248,000 nt of DNA from Octopus vulgaris (Eukaryota). How positions within the stretch are numbered: position 1 is the first letter of the stretch; each line of letters opens with the position of its first letter. Where the stretch lies: contig OX597825.1 of assembly GCA_951406725.2 (NCBI GenBank), positions 14,900,001-15,148,000 on the forward strand, written 5' to 3'. Below, one piece after another: positions 214,174 to 229,425 of this stretch. Below the pieces are notes generated by a model. It had not been told where the DNA came from and did no database searches. It was given only the letters and a program-made list of their open reading frames with translations. A program made the position numbers and the translations under genes.

Positions 214174-215605
214174 CACGTCCTGCTCTTCTTTTGCAAGAAA
214201 TTTACTCATATATTGCACCTTTGAACTCATACAAATTTTCTAGCATAAATCTTTGTTTAGTTGATTTTTTTTTCTTTTCCTATTTAGAAATAGCAAAATT
214301 TATGTTTTGTATATTTTGTATAAAAGGTTCTCTTTTTGTAAACGGTGTAAAATACATTAAGAATTAATTGACTTTAAGAAGAACGATTTTAGATAGCTTC
214401 AGAGTTATTTGTGTTTACTAATGTATTGCTTTTTGGCACTCACGTTTCTCTTCAGTTCAGATGAATATGATCGAAATATCTTTATTAGCAACAAACATTA
214501 TATAACATCATGTCCAGCATACTCCTTCATCAACTTCAATATGACGGCAAATTATTAACGTTTCGAAATCACTGCGACTTTCTATATCGATGCTAATGTT
214601 GGACGCGTATGTAAAAATAATGGAAATAGCCGTTGTTAATGTTTTATTTGCTACCTTCTTGTGTAGGTTGATTCAGTCTAGATTTTGATCAAAGCTGGTG
214701 AGATTCTCCCCATCTCTTTTTACTCGTAAACTATTCCCATCTCCATTAATTGTAACGCACTGTCTGCTTAACGTCATTCACATTCAATATTGCTAGCTCA
214801 TGTAGACTTGTTCATAGCTTACAGCAGTCAATAACTGGGAAAGATGCCACAATGAAACGTCATACTGAGTTACTTATTGTTTGAAATGCATGAACCATGT
214901 CATTTATTTCAGTTGATGCAATCGCTCATATAATGATTATATTTCCATTTGCTCTTTTTTATCGTTTATGTTTTTTAATGCATTTCTTTATGGAGAGAAT
215001 AGAGTACGCAAATAATTGCAAATATGTGGTACTAAGTATTCAAGTAACAATATACTGCATTCAGTAGTAAAAAAAAAACAAAAACAAAACAAATATATTT
215101 ACAAAGAAAGGAAATAGCTACAAAGCTAACGGACATGATTATCTACATATAATCATTAGACAAAATAACATGAGAAATATTTTTCCATGAATATTATTTT
215201 ACATTATTCATACATCTATCTATCTAGATCGGTGTTTTCATTATTACGTAATATTTGTGTATCTCGTGGTTTACATATTAATATATACACTTCCAATACA
215301 TTTTGTATCTATGCTAAATGGTTGTCTAATCTATATCTATCATTGTATACGTTGGCGATGCAATTGTCATTGTTTAGTTTGTTTTTTTTATTAAGCTTTT
215401 ACCAGGAACGAGGTTAAGATTTCGATTAGATTTGGGGAGCAATTCTATAAATCACTTTATCCGATCTAAATAGGAAAAAACCTAAAAACAAATTACAGTG
215501 GTGACGATGGGTGAGTACAAAGGCGCAATATTTGAGCAAATGTTTTGTAAAAAGAGAAAGCAACAGAATATATATATATATATATACAGAGTGAGAGAGC
215601 GAGAG

Positions 215606-215644
<39 letters not shown>

Positions 215645-215899
215645 CATACGTAATACATACATACACAATTGCAGCGTGGGATTTGTTATATGTCATTTAA
215701 AAACACACAAAAACCGTTAGATTCAATTCAACATTTAAATTTAATTTGCGAAAATATTAGTGTCGCTTTGAGACCGCGAGCTGTTCACTTACAAAATTAA
215801 ATAGACATCCTTATAATCATTACAATTTATTCAAATCTGAAATTATACGTTCAAATTATTCATCAATTGTTATAATGTGAATATTTAGTATTTAGTAGA

Positions 215900-216745
215900 C
215901 ATGTCCCTTGGATTTTGCAATGCAAGGAGACTATTAGGCAGGTTACTGATCAGATGACGAATATTTTCTTGCAGAATTTCTTGCCAAATTTCATGCAGTA
216001 ATCTCAAAATATCTGGCTTCGAAAATGCTTTCTTGTTCTTTTTGTTAATTATCCTGTCCATTATGTCCTAGAGGTGTTCAATGGGGTTCATATCTAGTGA
216101 CAGGCTTGGTCATGGTAGCCTTTTCATGCCATTCTCATCCACCAAATATTGGGTCTTCTTAGCCATGTGACAAGGAGCCCCACCTTCCTTTAATAAACGG
216201 TTTTCATTAATCCTTTCGTCATTGGAGAAGGTTGAAATTAGTCCTTTCTGCTATAAGGTTTACATATTTATCTGAGTTTCTGTTACCCTCACACTGCACC
216301 AGCTCTAGTCAACCATGGCTTCAAATTGCTTCCCAGACCATCACAGAATTGCTGCCGTGCTTCAGTGTTGGCTGCAACCTTTTCAAATCAAATTCTTAAG
216401 CACGGAGTCTCCAGACACACATTCGATCACTGTCTGGAAATACAGCAAATCTGGACTCTCCAGAGACTATGCCAATGTCCCAAAATGTTACTGGCCTCTC
216501 CACTATGTCACTGGCCCAATCTTTTCTCTACTTGATATTGGCTAGTCGAAGAATTGGCTTCTTTCTTGCTGCTCTGCCATAGTAACCAATTTTGTGCAGA
216601 TAACTAACGGCTTTTCTGGGACTGACATCAACTTGTTCTGCTATGTCAGATGCCTTTCATCGAGACCTACAATAGGGCCGCTTTCAGATCCGGACAGTTC
216701 GATGGATCCTTTTGTTTATGTCATGATTAAACAGTTGACTAAATG
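215900..216745 (-). pseudogene. Decayed Tc1-family transposase
   Basis: Minus strand SLDMNPIEHL (compare SPDMNPIEHLW), with a catalytic-domain remnant antisense to ORF 216315-216545. Confidence 0.6.
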
Positions 216746-217002
216746 CGGTGCTCCAGCGTGGCCAGAGTCAAATGGCTAAAACTAATACAAGAATAAAAGA
216801 ATATAGAACCTGAAACATCAAAATGTCAATTAATAAATAATATAAACCATTACAAGTTAGAATAAATATAAAACAATGTTTTATAGAGCGTCTATTTCCT
216901 TCTGCCATGTCTGTGTATGTATATGTGTGTATATATATATATATATACAAGTCTGTGTCTGTGTGTGCCTGTGTAGATATGTATGTATTGATATATGTAC
217001 GT

Positions 217003-217312
217003 GGGGGCGCAATGGCCTGCGGTTAGGTTGTGAGTTCGAATCCCGGACCTAGCTGCGTATTGTGTTCTTGAGCAAGACGCTATTTCACATTGCTCCGGTT
217101 CACTCAGCTGTAGAAATGATTTGTGACGTCAGAGGTACCAAGTTGTATCGGCCTTTGCCTTTCCTTTGGATACCACTGGTGGCATGGAGAGGGCAGGCTG
217201 GTATACATGGGCGACTGCTTGTCTTCCATAAACAACCTTGCCCGGACTTGTACCTGGGAGGGTAACGTTCTATGTGCAATTCCACGGCCAGTCATGACCG
217301 AAGGGGGTCTCA
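217003..217312 (+). mobile_element. SINE group C
   Basis: Near full-length match. Confidence 0.8.
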
Positions 217313-217330
217313 GCATATATATATATATAT

Positions 217331-217364
<34 letters not shown>

Positions 217365-217608
217365 GACAATAATCCCGAAACTAGTCCGAGCGTATCACTC
217401 AGGCTTGCGAGAAAGGGATAGCCTCCCTTTGCAAATACTTCAAGAGCACTGAAATGGTGTCTAAAGCCAGCTGGAGACGACGATCTCCTGGGGCTATAGA
217501 GCTAGAGTAACACCCCCTCCCCTATGTGGTTAGCCATATTAAGATGGCTTCTATACTTTACATTATCGAGCGATTACTGTTTACATTTCATTCAGAGATT
217601 TAATAATG

Positions 217609-217668
<60 letters not shown>

Positions 217669-218292
217669 TATAGATAGATAGATATATAGATATAGATATA
217701 TAGATATATAGATATATATATATATAGAAGGTTGACGGACTCGTACCAGCAGCAGGCAGCAATATGCTTATACGATCATACAGGAGGACAGGGGATAAGT
217801 ATCGATTGGTATTTCGAAAAGCAGAAAAGAACATTAGATTTACGTATCGTACTCAAAGTAAATGGCTTGTTAAAAGGCAACACTGCTAAAAGTTCCTTGT
217901 TGGCATATTACGAGGGAATCAGCAATCAATAAGTTAGCTCGTTCTCAATGCAATTATCAACATATAAATATTGTTACAAATTGAGGATTAACATTATTTG
218001 CCACCAAGTTTTTTAATGGTGTCGTATAATAATATCTATAGTATATTTTGTCGGTTAATTTTGAGAGTGATGCTTATATTTGATGGAATAAATATCTTTA
218101 GTCTTAAGCATAAAGACGTGCTGCTGTCAACTTTTCGACTATAGGATCTTATGTTAAAGGTTTCAGAAACGTTCTTGTATACTTTTCCTGAGATGCTGTT
218201 ATCATTCCATCCACTTCAAACACACATACATACAAAAATACATTCACATAGATATATATATGTATATATAATATATTATATATATACATATA

Positions 218293-218331
<39 letters not shown>

Positions 218332-219483
218332 TCGCACATGCACATGGTAGTTCACTTCTATGGCAATCTATGGAAGTGGAATCGTTTAAGGGATGCTGGA
218401 AAAGCGTCCAGGAGTAACTGTCTACAATATTTCAGAGAAGTTGAAAAGTTGAAAACACACCATTTCAATGCATTTGCTGGATTCCATTAGTGTCCAAAGT
218501 TAAGCTTTTGAAAGGAGGCAGTTATTGACAGTTATAGTATATCTTAATATGTCACATGAAAATATTTAGACATAAATATAAATCCGCACACTTTTATTAG
218601 GAGTAATGTTAATAGCAGGAAAATATTTGTGAGTGAATGCGTGTCATAGTCTTTGACTGTGTTTGCGTATATGTAGGCGTGTTTAAGTGCGTACATTTTT
218701 AAATGTGTATCTGTAAATATTTCTGTTTGTGTGTTTCTGTACATATTTGCTTGTGTGATACTGTGTATGTGTGCCTGTACGTAAATTTCTATCACACAGA
218801 CATATACTTACACACACATACAAACAAACACATACATATATATTCTTAAGTATATACTATATTTTTTTTATCTCAATTTATATCCAGTTTCGATTGAAGA
218901 TACGGATTTAAACTGAGAGCTTTCGTTGTATTTTAGCTTTAATATTTTAGGCTTCTTAAGATATCTGTGTGTAAAAAATGCCACTTCACTTTGTCCATAT
219001 TTTATCTATGATTGTTACAAAATCCTCTTAGCCATTACACTTCGGTGTCTAAAGTAAATACTTAAATCTTTCTCTAGCAATTTATCTCTTACATAACAGA
219101 TTGCATATAGATTCTATATCTCATTATTAGATTCTATATCTTATAAATAATTTGGTTGTTATCTTTAATAATTTTATCCTTCCATTACAACTGATCTCCT
219201 ATACCCTAAACCATATGGCCAATGGTGCCTCTCGACCGCACTGATTTAAACTGAATGTGATAGATACCTAGAAAGAGAAAAGAGATAAGAGAGGGACATA
219301 TATTGTGACATATAGTGTGAGAGTGAGAGAAACAGAGATGGTCGTAATACAAGTATATACAAAGTGTGATTACATTCAGCAATAATACAAAAGCAATCGT
219401 TGGAGATATGATTCATTGCATGGCTTGATAAGGTTAACCTTTTTAAATCAATTGACGCAAAAGGAAACAAACGTTATATTGTA

Positions 219484-220185
219484 CTAACTAGTACTAACTA
219501 TTTTCATTTTTATGTACTTTGTACATCAGATATAAACTGCAGTAATAATAAACATTTGGTCAATAATATGAGCCCCTATTTCGAATAATTTGTTATGCTT
219601 CCCACGTTATTGTGTTTCTGGAGGTTATTCCCTTTAAAGGGGTGAACGTGTGATTCAGTGCTTTAGCCACAAAATATATTTTATAATCAGAGCCGAGATC
219701 AAAGCATCACGACAAAGCAAGGAAGAGATCAGCTGATTGACACTAGTTCGAGTTACTTTATTCTCTTTCTACATCTATAGGAATACTGTGTAACTCTACC
219801 GAAAGAAAGTGAACTCTCGCTCTTCTGGATAGTATATATAGTACTAACTATTTTCATTTTCATGTACTTTGTATATGAGATATAAACCGAAGTAATAATA
219901 AAAATTTGATCCATAATATGAGCCCCTAATTCGAATAATTTATGATGCTTCCCACGTTATTGTTCTTCTGGACGTTATTCCCTTTAATGGAGTGAAAGTG
220001 TGATTCAGTGCTTTGGTCACAAAATATGGATATAACCAGAGCCGTGATCAAAGCGCGACTACAAACTAAGGGAGAGATCAGGTGATTGACACCAGTCCGA
220101 ATTAGTTACTTCTCTGTCTACATCTATAGGTATACTGTGTAACTCTACCGAAAGAAATTGAACCCTCGATTTTCTGGATAGTATA
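219484..220185. repeat. Diverged tandem duplication, about 350-bp unit x2
   Basis: GTACTAACTATTTTCATTTT...CTGGATAGTATATATA occurs twice. Confidence 0.85.
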
Positions 220186-221319
220186 TATATATATTTATAG
220201 CATATGCAACAATCCCATAACTTATATCTAGGATGCATATTTTGAGAGGTTCGCCAAGGTCAACAATTCTTGTAGGGGAATAAGTAATGAATTTTATTAT
220301 ATTAGATTTTTACTTTTAGTTTAATAGACGTTACTCACATTTTATTTCTCTATTCAGGATATTTCTATTCAATTCGTGCTACTCTATTATTTCTGATTAT
220401 GACTCCATCAGTGAAAAGAAAATTATTTGTATATATATGTGTGTATATATATTTCAATGGAAATTACAAAGAATGTTATTCTTGCATTGCATTTGTATGG
220501 AACTGTTCTTCAATAAATAGCATCCCAACGATAAAGCAACAAATGTTTTTTTTTGTTTTTTTGCTTTTTTGCATTTGCTGTATACTTTATTCATATTTTT
220601 CAAATATATTGCGAGATTTCACTTCTTATCAAAATATGCCTCTTAGTATTGTTGTGGATATTTTCTTTTATATTCTTTACTGCTTTTTTTCATTATTATC
220701 ATTATTATTATTTCCTTTCGCTTCAAATATTTGTATGGGTATTTCAAATTTTCCTCTCAGAATGGCAGAAACTAAATTGTGACTTGAAATAAGTGTTTTT
220801 ATATAATATAAAATTTATCAGAATATGTGTTTCTCAGATCCAGTGAGAGGTAGCTTCAGTGCAGTAGTTCTGTCATGTGACAAAATAAAAAGAAATGTAA
220901 TATTTCAACGTACAAATCAGAGAGTAAATATAGGATGTTAAAAAAGGCTCCGTCAATAATGCACGTAATGGAATGGAAAAAGAAGAGCAATATTTGTCAA
221001 ACTGGTGATGCTATCTAGCTATAATATTATATGTATAATGAAAAGAAAATGTGAGACCAGCACGATTTCTTCTCTAGAAATATGATGAAATATTCATTCC
221101 CATTATACACTCAAACTCGTTTGATTTTTTTTTCTTAAAGGTATCTATGATCTAATATCTATCTGCACCGTAATATTCCTTAGATATTTCCCCTTATCTC
221201 ACTCGCTATTCCTCAAAATTCCTCTCGTATCAGTCTTTGTTTACGCTTGTTCATATATTTTCAGTAAAATTTTACAGTAATAAATTAACCGTTAATTGCA
221301 TTAATTTAATAAACTACAC

Positions 221320-221731
221320 ATAGGCGCAGGAGTGGCTGTGTGGTAAGTAGCTTGCTAACCAACCACATGGTTCCGGGTTCAGTCCCACTGCGTGGCATCT
221401 TGGGCAAGTGTGTTCTGCTATAGCCCCGGGCCGACCAATGCCTTGTGAGTGGATTTGGTAGACGGAAACTGAAAGAAGCCTGTCGTATATATGTATATAT
221501 ATATGTATGTGTGTGTGTTTGTGTGTCTGTGTTTGTCCCCCTAACATTGCTTGACAACTGATGCTGGTGTGTTTACGTCCCCGTCACTTAGCGGTTCGGC
221601 AAAAACATACCGATAGAATAAGCACTGGGCTTACAAACAAATAATAAGTCCCGGGGTCGAGTTGCTCGACTAAAGGCGGTGCTCCAGCATGGCCGCAGTC
221701 AAATGACTGAAACAAGTAAAAGAGTAAAGAG
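221320..221731 (+). mobile_element. SINE group B
   Basis: Full-length match. Confidence 0.85.
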
Positions 221732-222985
221732 TATATCAGACAATATAAACAAAAATGAAACGTAAAATCTAGTGAGTAAATGTCTAAACATTAGGTCAAC
221801 GAGGTAAGAATACCGCCAAATGTATTTTGCATCATGGTTCACTGTCTCGAAGAAAAAACAAATATTGAATATTATAGGTATTGATATTGAATGAGATGAG
221901 AAGACTTTAATCATATGCTTATGATGCAAACACTGGCATATAGCTAAACAATTACTACATCATCGCTGAGTCATGGTTTGGGTTCATTTTATCTTTAATT
222001 GAGAGTGGCTTCAAGTGTTGGCACCAAGCCAGCAGTTTGGGAGGAGGGGTAAGTAGGTTACATCGACACCATTTCTCAACTGGTACTTAACTTCTCGACG
222101 CCGAAAGGAAGAAAGACAAAACCGACCTCAGCAGTATTTGAACTCAGAAAGTAAAGACGGATGAAATGCCGCTAAGTAATGTGCCCGGCGTGCTAACGAT
222201 TCTGCGAGATGTCGCCTTCAGAGTTCGAACGCTGAAAATAGGCTAATGGTACAGTCGAATAACATTCCATGTTGTAAAGTATTGCAACGTTTATCAGTCT
222301 ATGAGATCTACCAAATTACAGCTTTATTAACTATGATAGTCAATTATTAATCTATCCCAAGATAACAGCATCATAACGAAGAAAAACAAACTACCAAATC
222401 TTCGTATAATTAATAAATATACCATATTAATAAACATATCACTCGGCTCGTGATGTCACGGCACTGGCATGACTATACTCCCCAGATAACTGTACGACCT
222501 AATCAATCAAGCTCATTTCTCACTAAAATCATGATATTCGGTTTCATTTTACATATTTAAAAATGAATAGTTGTGGCTTCGATGCTTTCGCATGTTCTCT
222601 TATTGCAACTGGTCATTAATCAAATGATATTTGCGGCTCAACGAAGTTTAGTATTATTAATTATTAGAAACTTGATTTTAATTCCAACGTAATATCTAAT
222701 ATTCTATGCTGTTTTCATGAAAATCACGTACTTTATTCTTTGTAATATGCTTGAATACTCTTATAATTTGGCCGTTTCCAACATCCAAACATTTTAAGCA
222801 AAGATAGGTTTAGCCAAAGGAGAATCATAAACGGCTTCCTTACCCAAAATATTGTTTAGGTAACAAAAACAAAATATACGTTATATAGATAGATAGAGAG
222901 ATAGATAGACAGATATATAGATAATACACATATAGATACATTCATATGTATGCATGCATATATACATAGATATACATACATTCTG

Positions 222986-223047
<62 letters not shown>

Positions 223048-223084
223048 ATGTGTGTGTATGTGTGTGTACATATATGTGTATATA

Positions 223085-223131
<47 letters not shown>

Positions 223132-226100
223132 AGTTTATCCAAACAAGAAAACACAACAACGCGAGGACATGGAACACATATAGTATTATTGGACGCTCAG
223201 GAAAGAAGGGAAGAATGAGGGTTTAACGTTTCGAGCGGAGCTCTTTGTCTGACACAGACACACACACCTACACACACATATATATATATATAAGTATATG
223301 TATTTACACTTATATATACATTCAATATTATGTTACATCACGCATTGTGTTCCAACAGAACAAGATCTAATGGACTTCTCTCCATGCAGTGTATCACTTC
223401 CAATCAGTTTCGAGTTCCTACTGCATCCTAAACTGTACAAAGTATTCAAACATGGTAATATAAGGTAAAACTGTATTGTGACATCAAAGGGAAATATTAA
223501 TTATGAGATTTAGTGTTGTAGTAAATGAGCTCAATTATGTTACTTTATTGTTATATATGATAAAATTGTTCATGAATATATTCAGTTAGTTAATTAAACT
223601 GAGATTAATTTTTTTTCGCGAGATCACTTGAAAATATGTGATGGCAAAGGTTCTTTCTTAAAATATTACTGCAGATTTTAACACTGAGAGATGAAAAGAA
223701 ACATTAAACATATGGGATTCGAAAAAAAAAAGTATATTAATTCTCATGTGAAAATGTCGGAACATTTAATTACACTCCTCAGCTATTTGGGTAAAGTCAT
223801 GACTTAATCGTGCTGTAGGTTTCCTGATTTCATTAGGAAAGCATGCTGATAAAGACTCCAGATCAATTTATGCTATTTTTATTGTATTGATATTGCGGGT
223901 TGTGTTTCTTTTAATTTCGTTTTCTACGAATTTCTTTCTGTGAACCAAAAATAAAACAAAATGCAGTGAAATGCTACAAAACGTGGCTTTTAAATCTCAA
224001 ATGCAAGAAATACTTATCACAGGAGATTATTTCCTTTTTGTACCTACATATATATTTTTTTCATTGTAGCTCTATATTGACATCAATCAGTCACCCACCA
224101 GCATATTTCACATGCTTTTCTTTTTACTGAACTTGTACAAAAGTGTATACATAACCTTACATGGAGAACTTTCTTTTCTTCTTGAATGTTGGGGTTTTTA
224201 TCTGAGCTTTTACTTGCACGTCATTATCGCTGCATATGTATTTATCAAAAGCATATATGTGCGTGAATGTGTATAGCGTTGTATATAATAAGAAGTACAT
224301 GTTGTGTCTTATATGGTAAAACTCGCATACTTATACATGCAGAAATTCTCGAATATGAGTGCATATATCCTGATGCGTGCATACCTGTAAATGTAAGCAG
224401 TTGGAAGTAATGCAGATTCGGTTAACAAGTCATGTATAGATTTTGCTGTAAAGGTAAACGTTAGCAACAAAAAAACCTGTTCTAAATCATTCTTTCTCAA
224501 ATGTATTTAGAGTGTTTTTTCTTTATTATAAGTCCAAGTACCAAATACATATCTATACGCAACGATACTCATGTATGTTGTCGTCGATGCGTAATCCCCG
224601 GCACTACCTTCACCACATCATGGTTTATAAGAACTGCTAAGAATATCAATAATGGTAAAAGTTTAGCCGAAATGTCAAGTAGAAATGTCAGGTAAGCGGC
224701 AGTGTAAGGGATCTCTCAGATGGTTATTATGAAGTGATTACAGAGCTGCTGCTATGGTGAGGTATGCGCTGGGTTAATATACAGAAGATTAACATAGCAT
224801 AAATCTTATAGTAATGTTCGTGTATTTTGAAGTGGAGATGTCATATTGAAACTTTGTCGTTCTACAGTGAATCGTAGTTTTCGAAATACACATATAGAAT
224901 AAATAACAGAGGGATGGATACCTCAGCTATGAAAACAAGCTGCTCTACTTCAGCTTTTAATGCATAGAACAACGACAACAGTACCTGAGATACAATAATC
225001 AATTCATTATTAATTATTGATATTTAAAGCAATCTCCTCCTACTAAAACGGTGTATGTCTTATTCTTTGGCCTCTTAGAAGGAAACGGATATTTAATAGC
225101 AAACCTTAAGAGGTTGTATACAGCAGTTTCCGTCTCATATCAAATAATTTAAATAAAAAAGATATTTCATGTAGACGGTGAGTTAAAATCGTTTGTCCCT
225201 TTTCTTTTACACGGAATATAATATAAAATATTTCTTCTTCTATATGAAACTACAAAATTGATTTGATGAACGACGATGAGCCTTACAAAGCAAAGAAAAT
225301 GGATTCAGCAAAATGTTATCACTTTTTCTCGCATCTTTTACACCTGTCATCTTTTTTTTATTGTATTTCATAATGTGATCTAAAAATGCATAAGCAATGA
225401 TGATTCTTATTTTCCAATTGATAAACTAAAGAACCTGCTCAATATAACATATACATTCTAACTTCTTCTCAACAACCCTCCATTAAAATAAAATGGGTGA
225501 TCATCCACCAACAATTGCAACGGATGTAATAAATATGCGTAACATTAATATTCATTACTAACAACAGCCGCATTCAATCGTACAATTGGGAAGGTTCTTA
225601 TAAGCCACTTGTTACTAAATAGATCGGTAAAACCCCGTGTCTCAAATCATACATTTAGATTATAACATCAGTAAAGATCGATGACATTAGCTTTAAAATC
225701 TAGTCATTTAAAATCTAGTCATCTTAACTTTTGCATTTAGCTTTTTCTTAAATATATACAATATCAGAACCAATTAAGAATAGAAGATAACGATAACAAG
225801 AGATATAAAAAGTTCACATGAACTGTCAACATCATTAATGTAAATATGGCCATAGGCTATTTTCTTGACTCCACAAGCCGGTAACCCGCCAGTGTTTTGT
225901 TAACAAAGATATATATTGTTTTAGAATTATGTGGTAGACTCGAAAGAAAACATGTATTTGAATTAGCCATACAAGGCATTAAGTATCGTTGGAAATGTGT
226001 TTATGTAGAATATTTAATACCTATGATAAAATAAGCAATGATATTCATTATTTATAAATTCTCATAACAAATCCGGGGAATTATGCATTTGCTTATACCG

Positions 226101-226199
226101 AACCAAATCATTATCGACTATATTATTTTGTTACCCCATTCCACGTAAGGATAAAATTCAAAATTTAACACATCGTGTATTGAAACCAGAGCATATAGG

Positions 226200-226590
226200 T
226201 ATATTTATTACTTTGTTTCCCACAGGGGGATAAACACAGAGAGGACAAACAAGGACAGACAAACGGATTAAGTCGATTATAGAACCAAGAACCCGTTGGC
226301 TTGACACCATCAGGAGTGACACCGGAATGGACATGACCAATCTGAAGGAAGCGGCCCAGTATAGAACTGACTGGAAAACACTGATCCAACGAGTGACCGA
226401 GAGTCGACTTCGACTGACCGGATAGAGAGATATCGACCCCAGTATGTAACTGGTACTTATTTCATCGACCCCTGAAGGATGAAAGGCAAAGTCGACCTCG
226501 ACGGAATTTGAGCTCGGAACGTAACGGCAGAAGAAATAATGCTGAGCATATCGCCCGGCGTGCTAAAGCTTTTGCCAGCTGGGCGCCCCC
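226200..226590 (-). mobile_element. SINE A interrupted by an RTE 3' end
   Basis: SINE consensus GATTATATCGACC is split at 226281/226431. Confidence 0.8.
226282..226430 (+). mobile_element. 149-bp 3'-terminal fragment of an RTE/Bov-B-like LINE
   Basis: PRTRWLDTIRSDTGMDMTNLKEAAQYRTDWKTLIQRVTESRLRLTG* resembles the RTE ORF C-terminus (RWLD..W....V..SR.RL). Confidence 0.8.
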
Positions 226591-228130
226591 TGACCATATA
226601 GGTGTATTATATAAAAGTGTGTATACAAATGCAACTACAACTTATATTGTTTGGTGAGTTATGGAATATGTCATCGATTGCACAGTAAAACCAACCATTT
226701 GGTTTTTTATACCAACATTATCGTTGTCATTTTCTCATTATATTTTCTTTGTTGTGTGAATGTGTGTATATGCATTTACTGGAGTTGACGGCGTGGTAGG
226801 AATAAAAAAATCGTTTTATAGAAATATTTTTCTCTTGCCTTGATCTTATACTAATGGCCAAAATTTTCTGAGTCACAAGGCAGTATTAAAATCTATGATG
226901 ATGCCATTCATTGTTCTTTGATTGAGATAAAATGAAAATTTGGTTGATATTGTTTATGTGGAAAGTTGCCAACAACAACTAGTATTCTCTTGATGCCAGC
227001 AGTTTAGATCTCTTTAAGAGTGCAATATCGCATGCCTTAAATATATGCATTATTAACAATAACTGCAAAATATATACAGCAAATTATCGCGTTGCGTGAC
227101 AAATTCACAGATTGCTATATTATAAACGGAATTAATATTTGTGTGATTGTACAAGTTTATGTGTGTGTACATATATGCATGTGTGTATGTATATCTACCA
227201 GTATGTATGTATGTATTTATGTATGTATGTATGTATGTATGTATATGTGTATGTACGTATGTATGTATTTATACAGTGATGTGTAATTGTCTAGATATAT
227301 TGATCAATACGTAGATAGACAAATGCGTAGATATAAACTTGTGTAAGGTGATATTATGATTTCCCATTAGGAAGGGATATAAAATACACGGGAAAATAAT
227401 GGTGAAATGAAAAAAAAAGAATAATAATGTTTTCTTTATTAACTTCGAGGTGGTCCCGGTAGTGCCCGCGGATTTCTGGAAACTATTATTAGCTCCAGCA
227501 CGAAAACCTTCCGGAATGTACCACCCAGTTGGTTTTCCCCGACGTACAGCATTGCTCAGAACAATCTAATGGATTTTCCCACCACTAACACTCTATACAG
227601 CGCCATTTTGGGACCTCAGTCAAAAGTATTGAAAGGCTATCAGCACTTGACACAATATCTGAATAGTATTCAGTTGACACAAAACTATTGACTATAAGAA
227701 GTATTTGAAGAAGATTTAGTATAATTTCTTCATAATTTCGCTAAGCAGAATGGCAAAACCTGACTGAGGATATTTACAATCAAAATAATTCCATACATGA
227801 ATGAATCCTTTTTTTTTTAATCAAAAGTAATTACCTTTTGGGGAACGATAGGATATGAAATGGCTTCTATTCATAGAATTCGTTTCAAGGTATGGATAAC
227901 TCAGTCTCATCACTGTCGCCCCATTTTCGGTTAAGTTGTTGCTTTCCTTACTCGCAAATGTGGTTAAATGCATGACAAAATAACTGTGCCATTTAGTTCT
228001 GCGTCTTAACATTTTGTGCTCAGTACGGTTTAGAGTCAACTTAGAATGGTGGCATACTAAACCTCACGGCGTTATACTAAAACTGAACCATTGTACCTCC
228101 AGCAATAAATATAGGTTATTTCGACATTAC

Positions 228131-228724
228131 TTATTACCTCCGCCTTTACTAAGACGAGAAGTGTTCTTTTCAGTCGTGTTTGTTTGTTTGACCGTGGGCA
228201 AGATATCTCAAAAACCGCTAGATGGATTCGGATGAGACTTTCAGAGATGTATGGCATCGTGGCTAGCGCGAAGTGCTACATTTTGGGATCGATCCGGCCC
228301 AGACAAAGATAATGGATTATTTGTTATATTTATTTTACTTAAAATGATTACGATCTTACATTAACTTTCGAGTCTTTCTCAATCATCTCCCTATAGGCTG
228401 TAACTATTTTAAATGGAGAATTTGGTAACTTTGGCTCATATCAATTAAGGATAAAATATTTATTATTACTAAATTTTCGGCTGCCACCTTCAAATTTCAT
228501 GACTACCATTAGGGTCGATTACGCACCGGACAAGGATTCTGGATTATTTCCAAGGGTTTTTTTAATTAATTTTTGAGAGCGGTCGGGTTCATGTTTAGTA
228601 TTCTTGTTTGTAAGAGCAGTCGAGGTCATTTCAGATATTCTAATTTTAAAAATCATCTCTGGCTAACCGTTGAGAGGACGTTGTTGTTACTTTGACGGAG
228701 GTTTGCACTCTGAGTGCGTTTGTT
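228131..228724 (+). mobile_element. Crypton-like non-autonomous element
   Basis: Ends TTATTACCTCCGCC and TTGACGGAGGTTTGCACTCTGAGTG resemble CryptonV-derived repeats; partial inverted sibling at 230901-231261. Confidence 0.55.
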
Positions 228725-228896
228725 ATATATTGTATTTGTCAAGAAGGTGCATTTGCAACCACGTCGTTTCGTATGCAGTCGTAGTGCGCGATACCATGGG
228801 CAAACGTATTCTACCATTAGTCACGGGACAATCATTGACCTGTAGATGAATTAATGGAGGAAAAGTCTGTCGATTCCCACCGTATTTATATATGTA

Positions 228897-228936
<40 letters not shown>

Positions 228937-229091
228937 TTATATATATATATATATGTATGTATATATATATATATATATGTAAGTATATATATATATGTAT
229001 GTATGTATATATATATATGTATGTATGTATGCATTTATATATATATATATACATATATATGTGTGTATGTATATACATATATATATATGGG

Positions 229092-229157
<66 letters not shown>

Positions 229158-229325
229158 GCGTCTGCGTCTTTCTGTTTGTATTTGACCTTCCATCGCTTGA
229201 CAGTGGATATTGAATTATTTACGACACTTGATAGCGGTTGCCCAGCATAAGGGATTGAGAGAAAATTTGCAACATTTGAAAATAGTAATAATAATAGTAA
229301 TAACAACAACAAAAACAACAACAAC

Positions 229326-229425
<100 letters not shown>

